A DNA stretch of 63,985 bases, filler included, from Olpidium bornovanus S191 (GCA_017911155.1; 28 parts of 28 records of this genome joined end to end with filler, not necessarily neighbours in it), one strand, 5' to 3'; positions 34,253 to 47,150 are shown, counted from the first letter of the whole stretch. Numbers and translations: made by a program. The notes: generated by a model not told the origin, from the letters alone.

Positions 34253-37200
34253 GGTACCGAGACGCACGTGCCCGAAACACATACCGTGTGCAGCGCGCCT
34301 GCGTGTAGCAGATGTTATAGGTGAAGCTTTGGAGAACCTCCGGCCCAAAATTATTCTCATCGAGGAGTACATGATAGTGGGCCGGGCTACCATGCCGGGC
34401 CAAGGCATTAAAGACACATCAACACACGTTAGACCAAAGATGCTCTTGGCCACAGATCTTCCCGAGCCGTTCCCAAAGCCGAGTTATGGGAAACCAAATA
34501 GAAATCAAATTCAACAGGGTGACATCTGAACCGGAAGAACTTCATCAATCACGATATCCAGGCTTCCACGCGGCCTTCTCCAACAAATTCGATCAAACCC
34601 ACATTTTAGTGTCGACGACGAGACCGGGTTGAACGTTGCCATTGTTGAGGGCCGTTTTTGGGTCGTCCGGGAACTGGGGGTACAGATAATGGTCAGTATG
34701 ACGTTTGTGTTCCAACGCGACAAGAGGGAGAGTTGACGGTACCAGACGGATGTGGTGGCGCTTGCCAACTGCAGCACCGGAAGTAAAATATCAGAGCCAA
34801 GATCGCACCCTAGCAAGCCGCGACAGTCCAAAAGCCGATCTCACCAATTATAAAAGTTAGCTTCGCCGAGATGTTAAGACCCTTGCAGGCAGAGCGAATG
34901 GCAGTAATCTCCTCGTTCCGGACGACGTCATACTGGCCCGAAGAAACGCCATCTCGGTAGACCAATAGGCGCTGAATGTTTGCGTTAGAACGGCAAACCG
35001 ACAGGAAAACAAGAAGAGTACCTTATTCGCGCACCTCCGGCCAGCGGTTATTGCGCTTGAAGAAGATAGTAAGACGTTCTTTCATCATCTCCTCAAGGTT
35101 CGAAATCGGCTCTTGGCGGGGGTTCGAAAGGCGGACGGACGCACCGTACTTGAAAGCAAAGCGGTCAAAGGACGCTACCACCTGCAAGCATCCGCCGTGT
35201 CCGTTATTCACGCTGCTCTGACGAACTGCTGACCTGCATTGCAAATACGTCTCCGGCCTTACCGATGAAATCGACGGCGCTCCGCTTCCTGGTGCAGCAT
35301 GGGACACGTCAGCTCCAACGACCATTGTGGGAACTTGAAGGACGGGCGATGCTACCCCTACAATCGTGTTGACGCCGTCCTGTCCGCCATAAACACGACG
35401 ATGGATTAGCCCTGGCATTAAATTGCAGAGCCAGCACAAGTAACTTTCATTTTGATTACCATTTTGGCATTGATTTTCATGGCAATATTCATGCAAGTCT
35501 GGTCCTGGGCCTTAGACACGTTCTTGTCCAGAACGCACTGCGACGGGATCCCGATCTTGCATTCAAGAAAGTTCTTCACGGAGTCGTACAATTCGTTCCT
35601 GTTGTTCATAATGAAAAGGACCTGCAAAGTCAATCGTCAGCCAACTCAACCAAAAACGGATTAATCTGGGTTTGATCGACGACACGGCCAACGCACCATG
35701 GAAGGATTTTGCTTGGTTTTCTGGTTTACCGCCTGAGCACATCGACGCAAACCATCCTCGAAATTTTGCGGCTGGGACATGATAATCGGCGGCTTTGGGT
35801 CGCCGCAGCTGATGCCTACGCGCTTGAAAACACCGACCATGGCGTCCACAAAACGCTCTACTTCTTGCACGCGACATCGGCCAAAAGACACCACGCCCCA
35901 CGCAGGGATCTTGGCCGGCTCGTGGAACTTTTGCTTTAGGAGGTTCCACTTCCCCTCCTTCGGAATCATAGTCTCGGGGCCGTACTTGAGACTTGGAACG
36001 GGAAGGACGCGGCCTTCCACGACCACTTGCTGAGGATCAACCTGGATGCCGAGCTCACGCAGGGTTGCGTTGTTCTGCAGGGCAAGAACGTTCTGGATCC
36101 CGTCTGTGATCTTGCGCAGGCGTTCATTCGGTTTGGTCACGGTGGCACGGATGACGTTGGATGTCTGGTCGCCATCAAGCTTCTTCAAATACCGCTGCCC
36201 AGGGAGGATACTGCAGACCTCCATCGGCATGCGGATCTGGCGGGCTTTCGAGCCCCAGCATACGCAGGGCATGTTCGGGAAGCTGGAAAGTGCCAGCAAA
36301 AGTTTCGTTAGGCCACCATTCGAGTACCCGTCCCACGTCATTTGGGCCTTACCGCAGCGCAATGTTGTACTTCTGCTTGAAGTATTGCGTGACCGTTAGC
36401 TCCTGTCCGCTATCCTCGTTCTTGAACCTGCATTTGAAATTAAAATGAATTAGCAACTTGACGGCACCGGCGTCGGCCCGTGAGCAGCAAAAGGCAGCGG
36501 CAACGAACTTAATCTGATTGGGGGTTTCGCGCGTGAGCCCGGAGCATTTGCGGCGACTCTGCCGCTCGCCACGATGAGTAGTCGTGAGCATGAGGCCTTT
36601 CAGTCGGCGCTCGAGCGCGACGCGCTCACGGTCGGCCAGCCCGCGGGCCATGTCATTGGGGTTCTTCCTCAGGATGTTTGAACAAAAATCGATCACGTTC
36701 TTGGCCTCGACCATCGCACAGGACGTAATGTCGGCGTTGATGTAGACCGCACCCTGGCCAACGCGGACTGAGCTGAAAAAGCCTTGCCAAAGTTCCACAC
36801 CCCCTCCAAGAGGACTGGCGTTCTGCGGAAGCAGGACAGAGCGTCTGAACACCAGGTACCTAAACGAAACAAGCCACGACGTTACTGGCGCTATTGCACA
36901 TTTCCGGCTTGTTTTCGTCGGGTTTCTTCTCAGTTTCAGCCGAAAAAACTCACTGGTCGGACAAGTGGTACGTGAGCGCGGTGTTCAGATAGTTTATCGC
37001 TTCCATGGGTTCTTCGTCAGTCTTTTTCGTGGCGTACAGTAGCACCGCCGTGATATCAAACTGGTTGACGAGGACGAGTTCTGTTGTGCAAAAAAAATGC
37101 CCATCAACAAGGTAAAAGTGCACACAAAGTCGAATCACACACGAAGACCAGGACCTCCATTACGAAACCGAAATATATACTCACTAACTTGATACGTCCC

Positions 37201-37985
37201 GCCTCGGCCTTCGTTACTGGGGGGAAGCACGACGTCAAACGACTTCTTCTCGAAAGGATACTTCTTGGACGAATATAAATTCTTTTAAAAACAAAGTGCA
37301 AAATCCCATCAGCAAGAGCCCGCAGGAACTTCTGTACTGTGCTGTACGACAAATCACCTTCTCGCCGTCGTAAACAAAATTTCCCAGCTCTTTCTTCTCA
37401 ACGACGCCGAGCTGTTTGAGAATCATAATGTTCTTGGACTTCGGCAACTTTCGGTCGGCAGCAACCGCGCGCTGCTCGCCTTCAACGCTGTGGAGCGGAA
37501 ATAGGTCCTTGTTAGCCGATGCGTTCGACGCGACACCGCGAGAAGCTTGAGGTGCGTGTCGTACCGTGTGATATCGCGAGTTACAATATCGTAATGGTAC
37601 ACCATCTGCTCGGGAAGCTTTTTGATCTGTATTAGAAAAGGAAGTGCCGAGTTCGTTCAACCATCGTTGGCGAGGTGGGCCCATTACGCAGTGGAAATCT
37701 CCCCAATTATGTTCTGTTTTGTCAACTCTGGTTCGACAACGCGGTTTTAGCCACCCGCGGACCGGCCAGGCGGCGCAAGCAAAACCTCCAACTCTCGTCG
37801 TTCACGAACGTGGTTCTCGCTGGTCTCCATTCTGCAAACCGGCCTAGTTTACACACCTCGTACAAGTTGGCTCGGACCTTGCAAGGCTTCCCGGCCTTGC
37901 TGGTAGCCGGCCGGCGCACGATTTCGGAGCGGTTTGACGTGCCGAGCTTGACCTGCCCAAGCTGGGCGGTGACGGTGGCGACCAT
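34253..37985 (-). CDS. AGO: Argonaute (N, PAZ, MID and PIWI domains), multi-exon, 3'-partial
   Basis: KVRANLYEV, LWQGFFSSVR, YFKQKYNIAL.FPNMPCV...MPMEVC.I..GQRY, SQCV, KINAKM|DGVN, MVVGADVSH, RQEPI, FRDGVS, PAHYHVLLDEN...Y..ARCTR. Confidence 0.95.
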
Positions 37986-38354
37986 TTTCGGCTCTTATTG
38001 TCGACAAGAAAAAACGATTCCACTGAGGAGGTTCAGAAAAGACGGACGCGGGAAACGGACGGACGCGAAACCGCCGCCCGCAATCTTCCCCCTTCTTCCC
38101 CGCACGTGGGCCCGGCGAGCTCAGGCGTTTCCCACGCGAAGGCGAGCAGCTCGCGCGGGTGGCGAGGCGTGAAGCCGCTCTCTTCTCCTACACGCACGCA
38201 GGCGGCGGTCGCGGAGCTCCGCGAGGCTCCGCGACGAGGGGTGGCGGTGGGGGAGGGGCGAAACACCGCCGGGAGGGAATGCGTGGTGGTTTCCGCCCGA
38301 CCTTTCCGTCTTTTTTTTGGCCCTTCTTTTTGCGCCCCGTGTGCTGCTGCGGGT

Positions 38355-38398
<44 letters not shown>

Positions 38399-40504
38399 CC
38401 CCCCCATCGGGGGGGGTAACCCCCCCCCTCTTTTTAGGGGCGACCNNNNNNNNNNNNNNNNNNNNNNNNNNNNNNNNNNNNNNNNNNNNTTAATTAATTA
38501 ANNNNNNNNNNNNNNNNNNNNNNNNNNNNNNNNNNNNNNNNNNNNAACAAAGAAGGTTGGTGGTCGCATGCATCGAGCCGGAGTCTCAGCTATTGGTAAG
38601 TTTCGTCTGAGGTGCCGTGTGCTCGATGACGTGAATTCAGTGAATCACTTCAAGGGTTCACCCCTGGCCAAATCCGCGATGTCGGTGCTCCAGACATAGT
38701 TGAGAGGTTGGCGCACACAATTATTCGCCAAGCTTTAGGAACCCCCCCCACAAAGAGGTGGAAGGATATAGCTTCATACCCACTCTACTAGGCAGAGGGC
38801 GAGCAGGACGATCATAACGCCCCCTGTTTCTCCTGAACACACGGAGGCCGTTCTGAAGGTCGTGAACGACATTGCGCAAATCCCTCAAAAAGTCTTAACA
38901 GGAAATCATTAAGGATAATTGCGAAATGAGAATTGAAAGAGGAGAATTGGCTACTGCAAACAACAAGGGGGAACAGTCACAGAAATCTTTGCGGAAAAAA
39001 GCCAGGGGCTTCCGAAAAAAGCAAACAAAAACGTTACGAAACGTAATTGGGAAACGATGTGGAGGAGTAACAAGCAGGGAATAACACCGACTGGAGAAGG
39101 GCGACACAGGCCTCAATGTCGCTGGCTTTGTGCACTGCTAGGAACCGCCAGGCGAAGTGAATAGAAAGAATCGTTCGACTCCGAAGCGTACAATGACACT
39201 TGGGAGTCGGACGTTCAGCAACGCAGGCGGCGGCGGCAGAAATGAGATTCCGGCACGCTAACTGCTGCTGGAAAAAAAAAAGATGCCGGATGCGCGCGAT
39301 ACAGGGAACGAATGAAGGTAGGAAGAAAGGAAGGGAGGAAGGACGGAAGGAAGGGAGGGAGGGAGGAAGCACGAAAGGAAAGAAGGAAGGGCGGCATAAC
39401 CTGGTCAGACGCTGCACACCTCCATTGTCCTTTATACCTTTTTGTAAGGCAGAACTGGCCAGCCCCGGCGCAACGCCACATTCCGCCGCCACCCTTTCCT
39501 TCCGCTGGCCGAAAAAAAAAAAAAACCGCCCCTTTCCCTCCGTCCTTCCTTCCAAGGCGACAAAAATTCATGGGTTCTGACCAACCGCCCGTCGTCACGT
39601 ACGCCATGTAGGNNNNNNNNNNNNNNNNNNNNNNNNNNNNNNNNNNNNNNNNNNNNTTAATTAATTAANNNNNNNNNNNNNNNNNNNNNNNNNNNNNNNN
39701 NNNNNNNNNNNNGCGTCTGTCCACCATCACTGCCCGACAAGCGCTGTCCTCGTCTTTCGAAATTTCACCTTGGCAGCAGTGATGTTCGAGAGCTGTGCTT
39801 TGCGACCGCTCGCGCGGTGCTGGTTGGTGTCTGTGTGTGTGGGAGGGTGCATGGCACCAGGGCGAAAGCAGGAGAGCGTGAATTCGCGTCAGGGCGGACT
39901 GCGTGCCGGCTCTCGAAGTGGAGGGCGTCTTGAAATTTCTCCCGGAAACACAAGCAGGGTAGGCGCGGTCCGCAGACAAGGAGACGCCGAGGCCGAACAT
40001 CCCGCTGTTCCAGCCGCGCCAGCCAGGCGCCAGAAGAGACGGACGAAGAAGGGAACGGAGACGAAGAAAGCGGGACGGATGCGAAATAAAGGGTTTCTCC
40101 GCGTCCTTACTGATGACGACGGCGTTCATTGTGGCCGGCGCTCTTTGGGTGCGTGCCGTCAAGCGGGTTTGTTCGGTCCCGCGAAGTCGTGACCTTGGGT
40201 GTTCCCGTGTCTTCGTCCTCTGCCAATTTTCTTCTTTTTTTTTTTTCTTTTTCTTTTTCTTTTGCGGCCGCCGCCCGGCGGACTGGGCGGAAGGAAGGGA
40301 AGGACGTGCCCAACGCTCCGAACCGCGACGCCGCACACAACGCGAAAACGCCGCCCCCGCGCCGGAGCCAGGAAGGAAGGAATAAAGGAAGGAGGGAACG
40401 AAGGGCGTGGAGGGGGGGGGGTACCAACGCGCCGAACCGCTCCCTCCAAATCTCCGTTTCTGCAGTTTCAAAAAAAAAAGGTAAGCCGGCGGCCGCAAAA
40501 AACT

Positions 40505-40800
40505 AATGATTGAAAATGTTATGCCATGGTTTTGGCATCCCGTACAATTCCCATACAAACATGACCGACATCCTACAGGCTCACACATCCCGAAGAAACC
40601 AGCGGGCAGAAAAGCTCGCCTCAATCGCCAAGAAACCTGTCGTCGTCAACTACTCCCAAACAACAAGCAAGGCCTATAAATGTGGAACCCACGCACGGAT
40701 GACGTCGTCGAACGCTTTGATGTCATCATTGACGAGCATAAGCCGTACAAACCCCGAAGAAGCGAGGGGCAACCACGTATTCTCCCAGACGACGCTAAAG
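40505..40800 (+). pseudogene. Ty1/copia integrase C-terminal SH3-region relic
   Basis: VVNYSQTTSKAYK [shift] WNPRTDDVVERFDVIIDE resembles FVGYS..SKAYRLW.P....V..SRDV.FDE. Confidence 0.65.
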
Positions 40801-41415
40801 CGGAAATGAGGGGCACGGTTAAGGCAGACGCAGGGTCTCTGGTCCAACCTCAGATGGAGAAATTCTCAACGTCTATTTTTTAATTATCTTCTCTGCTCTT
40901 CTCAGGAAAAGGACAAGGCGCCGCGCGCGGAGATCACGAGAAAGGAAGGAACGGGGAAAAAGTTTAAAATGTCCAATGGGGGAGATTATCCCGCATTCTC
41001 GGCGTTAAGGTGACGAGCGTCGAGGGGCGCGACCAATTGCCGGATCAACAAGCGCTCTGTGTTTGGCAACTGTTCGACAGGATTTCAAGGGAAGGCCCGC
41101 CGCGCTGCGCACATTCAACCCTCTGGATAATCAGCCCAGAAATTTTTTTCACCGCCCGAAAATCCACTTTTCAAAACGTGCCGGGGGGGGGCAAAATAAT
41201 GGCGGAGTAGAGAAAGGCGGAGTGGAGAAAGGCGCTCTCTCCGAGCAGCTCCCGCTTCGGGCCCCGGGTTCAACACCACCACCCCCACTCCCCACCCAGT
41301 CAACCCCGCCCCACCCCACACAGAGCCCGGAAGGTGGTGGAGGAGGAGGAGGAGGAGGCGGAGGAGGAGGAGGAGGCGGAGGCGGAGGAGGCTTTCCGCG
41401 GGGGGGTCTTCTCCC

Positions 41416-43110
41416 ATGGCCAGCACGCGGGGAAGTGGTGCTGCCGTCTGTGTGCTGCACGTCGTTTCCGCCTCTCCTCGGCACAGCAGCGCCGCCCTCC
41501 CTCGACCCTTAGCGCCTGCGCACGGCCAGCGCGCCGTGCGCGCGTTCTGGCCCGCGGCCTCCGCGTCTGCGCACTCCTCGCCGCCCGACAGCTACCGGCA
41601 GCTCGTCCGCAACAACCACGGCCTCCTCGTGCGTCGCCGGGCGCCGGCGGAATCGCAGCCGGCGTGTCCGAGGGCGGACTGTTCGTCCGTGCGGTCGGGC
41701 CGCTGCGTCAGTTTCCGGTACTGGGTTTTGGGTCACTGCCCGCGCTCGCGGCTGGCAGAGGCGATCTGCCCGAGACCCGTCGACAGAAGGCACCTGAAGA
41801 ACCGATTTGCAGATCGGTCCACGCGGGAAAGACCGTCTCGTCCCGGCAAAGGCCCTGTGTTGTGGGCCGGCAGCGGGTGGCCCAGTCGATTTTCGCGGAG
41901 GAAATTGATCCCTAGACCGTTTCGAGTCGCCAGGGCAGCTACCGCGGAGAAACACGGCGCGTCTCTTTCGACAGCGTCTCTGACACTAGAAAACGCCGAA
42001 GAACTCCCTAGTGGAACCGTAGGCTCGTCGTCTGCGGAGACAATCGCATCGACTGCTACTGCAACGACACCCACAAGGAGACATGAGACGTGGACTGTTC
42101 AGGTTTCACCGGGACTCGACAAGCTGCCTAGCCTTTATAAAGAACTTATAAAAGCGAAACTCGCTGGCCTTGTTGTGCTGACGACTATGTGTGGTTATGC
42201 CGTGGCGCCCGGGGCACGAGATCTGGCTACGCTCTTCTACACGTCCGTCGGGACCGGGCTTTGCGTCGGTTCGGCGAATGCCATTAACCAATGGCTGGAG
42301 GTCCCGTACGACGCCCAAATGTCGAGGACGCGGAACCGCGTGCTGGTACGGAACGAGATCTCGCCGCTGCATGCATTTGTATTCGGTGGTGTGACCGGGA
42401 CAGTCGGAGTGGCCCTCTTGGCAACGACCGTCAACCCGGTGACGGCGGCGCTGGGGTTCGCCAATATCCTCCTCTACACGGCAGCATACACGCCGATGAA
42501 GCGCGCCTCGATCGCAAACACGTGGGTCGGTGCCGTGGTCGGCGCAATACCGCCGATAATGGGGTGGGCGGCCTGCACGGGGAGCATGGCCGACCCCGGC
42601 GCGCTTCTCCTGGGTGCGACGCTGTACGCGTGGCAGTTCCCGCACTTCAACGCTCTTGCGTACAATCTTCGCGGTGACTACGCAAGGGCAGGATACCGCA
42701 TGATGGCCGTCACCAACCCCAACCTGAACTCTCGGGTCGCCCTTCGCTACTCGCTTCTCCTGTTCCCGATCGGTTGGCTGGCTCCCATTTTTGGCGTGAC
42801 CACCTGGCCGTTTGCCGTCGACTCCGCTCTTGTCAATCTCGCCATGGCCATTCCTGCATGGAAGTTCTGGAGGCGGCAAGGGGAGAAGAACGCCCGCCAA
42901 CTATTCTTCGTCAGCCTCGTTCACCTGCCGTTGCTACTGGCCCTGATGATGTTCCACAAGGCCCCCCCAGAGTCCGGACGCGGCAACGGGTTCACGCCGT
43001 CATCGTCAACGGCGGCGGATTTCGCGCCCAGCGCTGCAGCTCGGGACGACGATCCGCCTCCAGAGGAGAGTCCGGCCGCGTCCGCAGACGGGTGGGCGGG
43101 CGTCCTGTGA
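41416..43110 (+). CDS. COX10: Protoheme IX farnesyltransferase (heme O synthase), mitochondrial
   Basis: Single ORF: KELIKAKLAGLVVLTT...ANAINQWLEVPYDAQMSRTRNRVL...YTPMKR.SI.NTWVGAVVGAIPP.MGWAA...WQFPHFNAL...DY.RAGYRM. Confidence 0.95.
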   Translation: MASTRGSGAAVCVLHVVSASPRHSSAALPRPLAPAHGQRAVRAFWPAASASAHSSPPDSYRQLVRNNHGLLVRRRAPAESQPACPRADCSSVRSGRCVSFRYWVLGHCPRSRLAEAICPRPVDRRHLKNRFADRSTRERPSRPGKGPVLWAGSGWPSRFSRRKLIPRPFRVARAATAEKHGASLSTASLTLENAEELPSGTVGSSSAETIASTATATTPTRRHETWTVQVSPGLDKLPSLYKELIKAKLAGLVVLTTMCGYAVAPGARDLATLFYTSVGTGLCVGSANAINQWLEVPYDAQMSRTRNRVLVRNEISPLHAFVFGGVTGTVGVALLATTVNPVTAALGFANILLYTAAYTPMKRASIANTWVGAVVGAIPPIMGWAACTGSMADPGALLLGATLYAWQFPHFNALAYNLRGDYARAGYRMMAVTNPNLNSRVALRYSLLLFPIGWLAPIFGVTTWPFAVDSALVNLAMAIPAWKFWRRQGEKNARQLFFVSLVHLPLLLALMMFHKAPPESGRGNGFTPSSSTAADFAPSAAARDDDPPPEESPAASADGWAGVL

Positions 43111-43411
43111 GGTCATTCTGATTCTTCAACTCGCGCGCTGCGCAGGCGAGTGCCGCACATGTATTCTTCCTAATGCGCTACATCATCATGCTATTTCTGC
43201 ACGTTGCTTGTTCTGTTGTGGACTGCCCTTTCTATGGACAGAAACATTTATCTCCATGCTGTCACCTCAAATCATACCTGCAGCGCTCCATTGCTATGCC
43301 TCCCCCCCCCCNNNNNNNNNNNNNNNNNNNNNNNNNNNNNNNNNNNNNNNNNNNNTTAATTAATTAANNNNNNNNNNNNNNNNNNNNNNNNNNNNNNNNN
43401 NNNNNNNNNNN

Positions 43412-44281
43412 GGAAATCGAGAACTCGCCGAGGTAGTGGCCAATCATCTCGGGCTTAATCTCGACCTGGTTGAAGGTCTTGCCGTTGTACACACCAACAA
43501 CAGAACCAATCATCTCGGGAACAATGATCATGTCGCGCAAGTGTGTCTTGACAGTGGCAGGCTTCTCGTTGGGTCCGGCCTCCTTCTTCGCCTTTCGCAG
43601 TTTCTTGATGAGCCCCATGGGCTTGCGCTTCAAGCCGCGCTGGAAACGCCGGCGTGCGCGGCAGTGAACAAGCTGGGTAAGCTGTAGATCCGCCGGATGT
43701 GTAAAAAAAACCGCGCAGACAGTCAGTCTCGCCGCGACGTTTGGCGGAAGCGCGCCCGCATTCGGCTTTACGGAGGCGGAAAGCATCTGTCGCGTGGTCA
43801 GGCGTCGTCCGCCCACGTCGGTGACGTACGGCTTCACTGTCCATGTCAAGGAGCTGCTCAAGCTCAACTCCGCGGTAGGTAAACTTGCGGAAAGTGCGCT
43901 TCTTCTTCATCTCCATCTCGGCATCGTTAAGCTCGTTGTCAGCCTGCAGGAAGACGTCGTGCGCGCGGTGCAGTTGCGCGACCTGGTGAGCGTGGCGCGC
44001 GGCGACAAGTGGTCCCGCGCGCTTCCAATCCAGAAGTGCGGCAACGCCTCCACCAGCTCGCTGGCCCCGTAAAGAGAGCAAGCTTGAAGAGCGCTAACTC
44101 AATGAGGAGCGCCTTGAACAGCCCCGGAGGCCGCCGGAACACGACGGGCCGAACGCCGAAGGACGGACCAAGGGTGCCGCCGGCCCCTCCCGACGGCGCA
44201 AAGCAGCGCGCGGTACGAACTCTCCCAAGGGGGAGAGTGGTGGGACTTCCGCCCGGGCGTCCGGGGAGGGACACTCACCAT
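43412..44281 (-). CDS. RPS15: 40S ribosomal protein S15 (uS19); exons 44281-44279 (ATG only), from 43943, and from 43681 to the contig end
   Basis: [21 protein letters not shown]..|[17 protein letters not shown]...[47 protein letters not shown]. Confidence 0.97.
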
Positions 44282-44325
44282 GGTCGAGGGAGGAGCGTCG
44301 GAGGGACGTGCGGGTGGGTCTTTTT

Positions 44326-44363
<38 letters not shown>

Positions 44364-45800
44364 CCCCTCTTTTCCCCGGGGGGGGGGGGGGGGGGGGGGG
44401 GTGGGGGGGGGGGGGGCCCCCCCCCCCNNNNNNNNNNNNNNNNNNNNNNNNNNNNNNNNNNNNNNNNNNNNTTAATTAATTAANNNNNNNNNNNNNNNNN
44501 NNNNNNNNNNNNNNNNNNNNNNNNNNNAGCGCCACTCGCGTGGCCGTTACATCAAACGATATCAAATGCTACCCGCCAGGGTGCGATGGAATCAAATGAC
44601 AATAGTTCCAAAAAGGATATCTGTGCGGCAAAATGTTGTTTTGCCATGGTCGGGCGATTCGCTGAGAGAGGCAAAAGCTGGAAAGCTGCTGGCTCTCTCC
44701 AATCCTTCCCCGCCCGCTTGCTTTTCTTATTTCTGCGTGAGCTTTTCTTCCCCGGTTCGCCACTGCGTTTGTGCGCGAAAATGTGTGGGGCCAAAACGGG
44801 GAGGGGCGATGCGGGAATGGATACCAGCCCGGCCGTGGTTGCGGGGAAGCAAGCGACCCGAACCTTTTATCCCTTCCTCCCCCCCCCCCCACCTCTCCGT
44901 CAACCTGTACGCCAGCCGGCAAGTCGGGACGCCGAGTCCCTGTCCTATCGGATAAAAATGCATCTCGGATTTGGAGCCATCGGCCTTTTTTTGGCTCAGA
45001 AAAGTCCTTTGCACACTGACCTGACATAACGTCCAGGGGCCCAAAGCGCAGGGGGGGGGAAGGGCCTGGGAGGAGGGGGGAGGGGGGGAGGGAGGGGGCA
45101 GGGGATTCGGTAACGTGACCTTACCGAGAGAGAGAGAGCCAGAGAAAGAACATACACAGCCGCCCGGTTTCCGCGCAGTTTTTATCTCCCTCCCTCCCCG
45201 CCTTCCGCTATATTTTTTTTTTGTATGAATCAACCATCGAAATTCCGCCCTCAACCCCGTCCTCTCCCTCGTGTCCCGCAAACATTCTGCAGTGCAGCGC
45301 GGAAGAGGCTTTGATATTCTATCGGCTCGGCTGGCACGCGGTTGCAAAAAGCAGCCGCTTGGTCCGTTGCCGGTTTTGTCTTGGGGACGGGGTAGGGACG
45401 GTGGGGGGGCGGTTTGGTCGGTAAAACGAGCCCGGCCCCGAGCAGTTTCGCGTGCCTCGCCCGGTTTGGCAGAGAGAGCCCGCGTTGCGTTTCAACACGT
45501 GGAAACGGAAAAGGCCCGTGGGGGGGAAAAACAAAATAAAAAAAAAAGCGAACAAACGGTGGGCTGCAGGGGACGAAAAGCTGTTACTTTTTTGGGCTGT
45601 GCCGCCAGCCGGCAGGCCTGCTGTCGTTGTTTGTCGACAGCACGCCTTCATTGGTGCGCTTCCCCGCGCTGTAGAGAGAAAGACGCGCGCGCAAAGTGAC
45701 CCGTGACGACCTGCCCCTCCCGGAGGGGCGAAAAAGCCGTAAACACCGTGCCTCGAGCCGCCCTGGAGACGGTGGCACTTTCGCGTTGCTCTCTGTATCG

Positions 45801-45860
45801 TTAACCTTAACCCGGCTAACCTAAACCCAAATCTTAACCCTAACCCTTGCCACTAACCCT
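45801..45860. repeat. Degenerate interstitial telomere-like (TAACCC)n tract
   Basis: TTAACCTTAACCCGGCTAACCTAAACCCAAATCTTAACCCTAACCCTTGCCACTAACCCT, about 7 variant units. Confidence 0.65.
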
Positions 45861-46609
45861 TCCGAATTCTCCCCCCCCCCTCCCGCCCGACGCGTCACGG
45901 CCCCATCGGCAGCCCCAGTGGCAAGCCCTCCCCCCCCTCCCTCGACTGCCAATCGAATAGAGCATTTTTCTTCCCCACACCGTCGCCTGTGAGATCTCCT
46001 CGGCCATCGCCACGAAGTATCCCGTATGTTCCGTTGTTCCGGTTGTCACCCTAGCTTGCAACGCGTTTTGGTCGTTCGTGTCCGGTCGTCAATTTCCCCG
46101 ACAGGCGGGAAAACTTAAGAGGTAAACCCGTGCTTTGATTTTTCTCTCTGGTTTTGTAAAAACTACTTAATTCTGCCCGGTTAATGTACCCACCCCCACG
46201 ACGACAACCCCGGGACCCCGCCGCCGTGTCAGGCCCCACGCCCCGTAAAACTTCGACCAAAAAAACAGGGTTTATGTCGCGACCGATGACGCACTATAGT
46301 AAGGCGCGCCGGGCGCGGCTTGTTGGGTCAGTGGTTCCCCACAATTTATAACGCCAACTTACCCGTCTTTTCTTTCTTTCTGCTCTTGTAACAACTACGC
46401 AAACTTTTGAGCACGTGGACCAACCACTTTACAAACACCTCCCCTCACCCATCCTAAAACGCGATACATGNNNNNNNNNNNNNNNNNNNNNNNNNNNNNN
46501 NNNNNNNNNNNNNNTTAATTAATTAANNNNNNNNNNNNNNNNNNNNNNNNNNNNNNNNNNNNNNNNNNNNGCCATGGTCGCTCCCTTCGTGGGCTGGTCC
46601 AGCCCTGCG

Positions 46610-46860
46610 CGGGTGGTTCTTGCCCCGCGCGGGCGGTTCTTGGCCCGCGGGGGCGGGACTTGCTCCGCATGGGTGGGTTTTTGGCCCACGGCGGCGGGAC
46701 TTTGTTCCGCATGGGCGGGTTTTTGGCCCGCGGGGGCGGGACTTGTTCTGCATGGGCGGGTCTTGTCCCGCGGGGGCGGGACTTGTCCCGCGGGGGCGGG
46801 ACTTGTTCCGCGCGGGCGGGTTTTGCCCCGCGGTTGTGGGTCTTGTCCCGCACACTAGTG
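46610..46860. repeat. About 11 GC-rich 20-bp units (CCCGCGGGGGCGGGACTTGT / TCCGCATGGGCGGGTTTTTG) ending at CACTAGTG
   Basis: Seen directly; two unit types partly alternate. Confidence 0.85.
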
Positions 46861-47044
46861 GGGTGGCACACGTGGGGGGTGTCCCCCTGGTCCCCTTGGC
46901 GTGGACGACAAGCGGCATTGCTGAGCAGACGCGCCACACTCTGCTACAGCGCGGGGTCGTGCTTTCTTCGCGACGGGGGGGATTGTAGTGGACACTCTAT
47001 AATTCCCTCATTCCTCCGCCCAACGCATCGCCTCCCATCGATGT

Positions 47045-47150
47045 ACCGTTCGACCTCGATGCCTTCCGTTCAATCTCAATGCTTCCGTTCGATCTCGATA
47101 CCTTTCGCTCGACCTCGAAGCCCTTCGCTCGATCCCGATGCTCCTTGCCC
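47045..47150. repeat. Degenerate 18-bp tandem (CCGTTCGATCTCGATGCT-like), about 5-6 copies
   Basis: Seen directly; TE-like context. Confidence 0.6.

Noticed and set aside
37250-37265. U12-type 5' splice site GTATCCTTT in Argonaute
   Set aside because: It lies within coding sequence (NLYSSKKYPFEKKSF) that reads through in frame.
38546-40200. ORFs in contigs 38546-39612 and 39713-40200 (also 56350-57757 and 62460-62846)
   Set aside because: No recognisable motifs and no consistent exon chain could be built.
41416-42100. Long N-terminal extension of COX10 as a novel domain
   Set aside because: COX10 normally has a long, poorly conserved mitochondrial N-terminus; it may also hide an intron.
43944-44278. 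Intronic snoRNA in RPS15 intron 1
   Set aside because: No clear C/D or H/ACA boxes found. The ATG-only first exon is common in ribosomal protein genes.
44600-44625. ATATCCTTT (AT-AC minor intron donor) and a nearby DHGKTT P-loop-like peptide
   Set aside because: No convincing TCCTTAAC branch site and no recognisable gene; the P-loop spacing is wrong.
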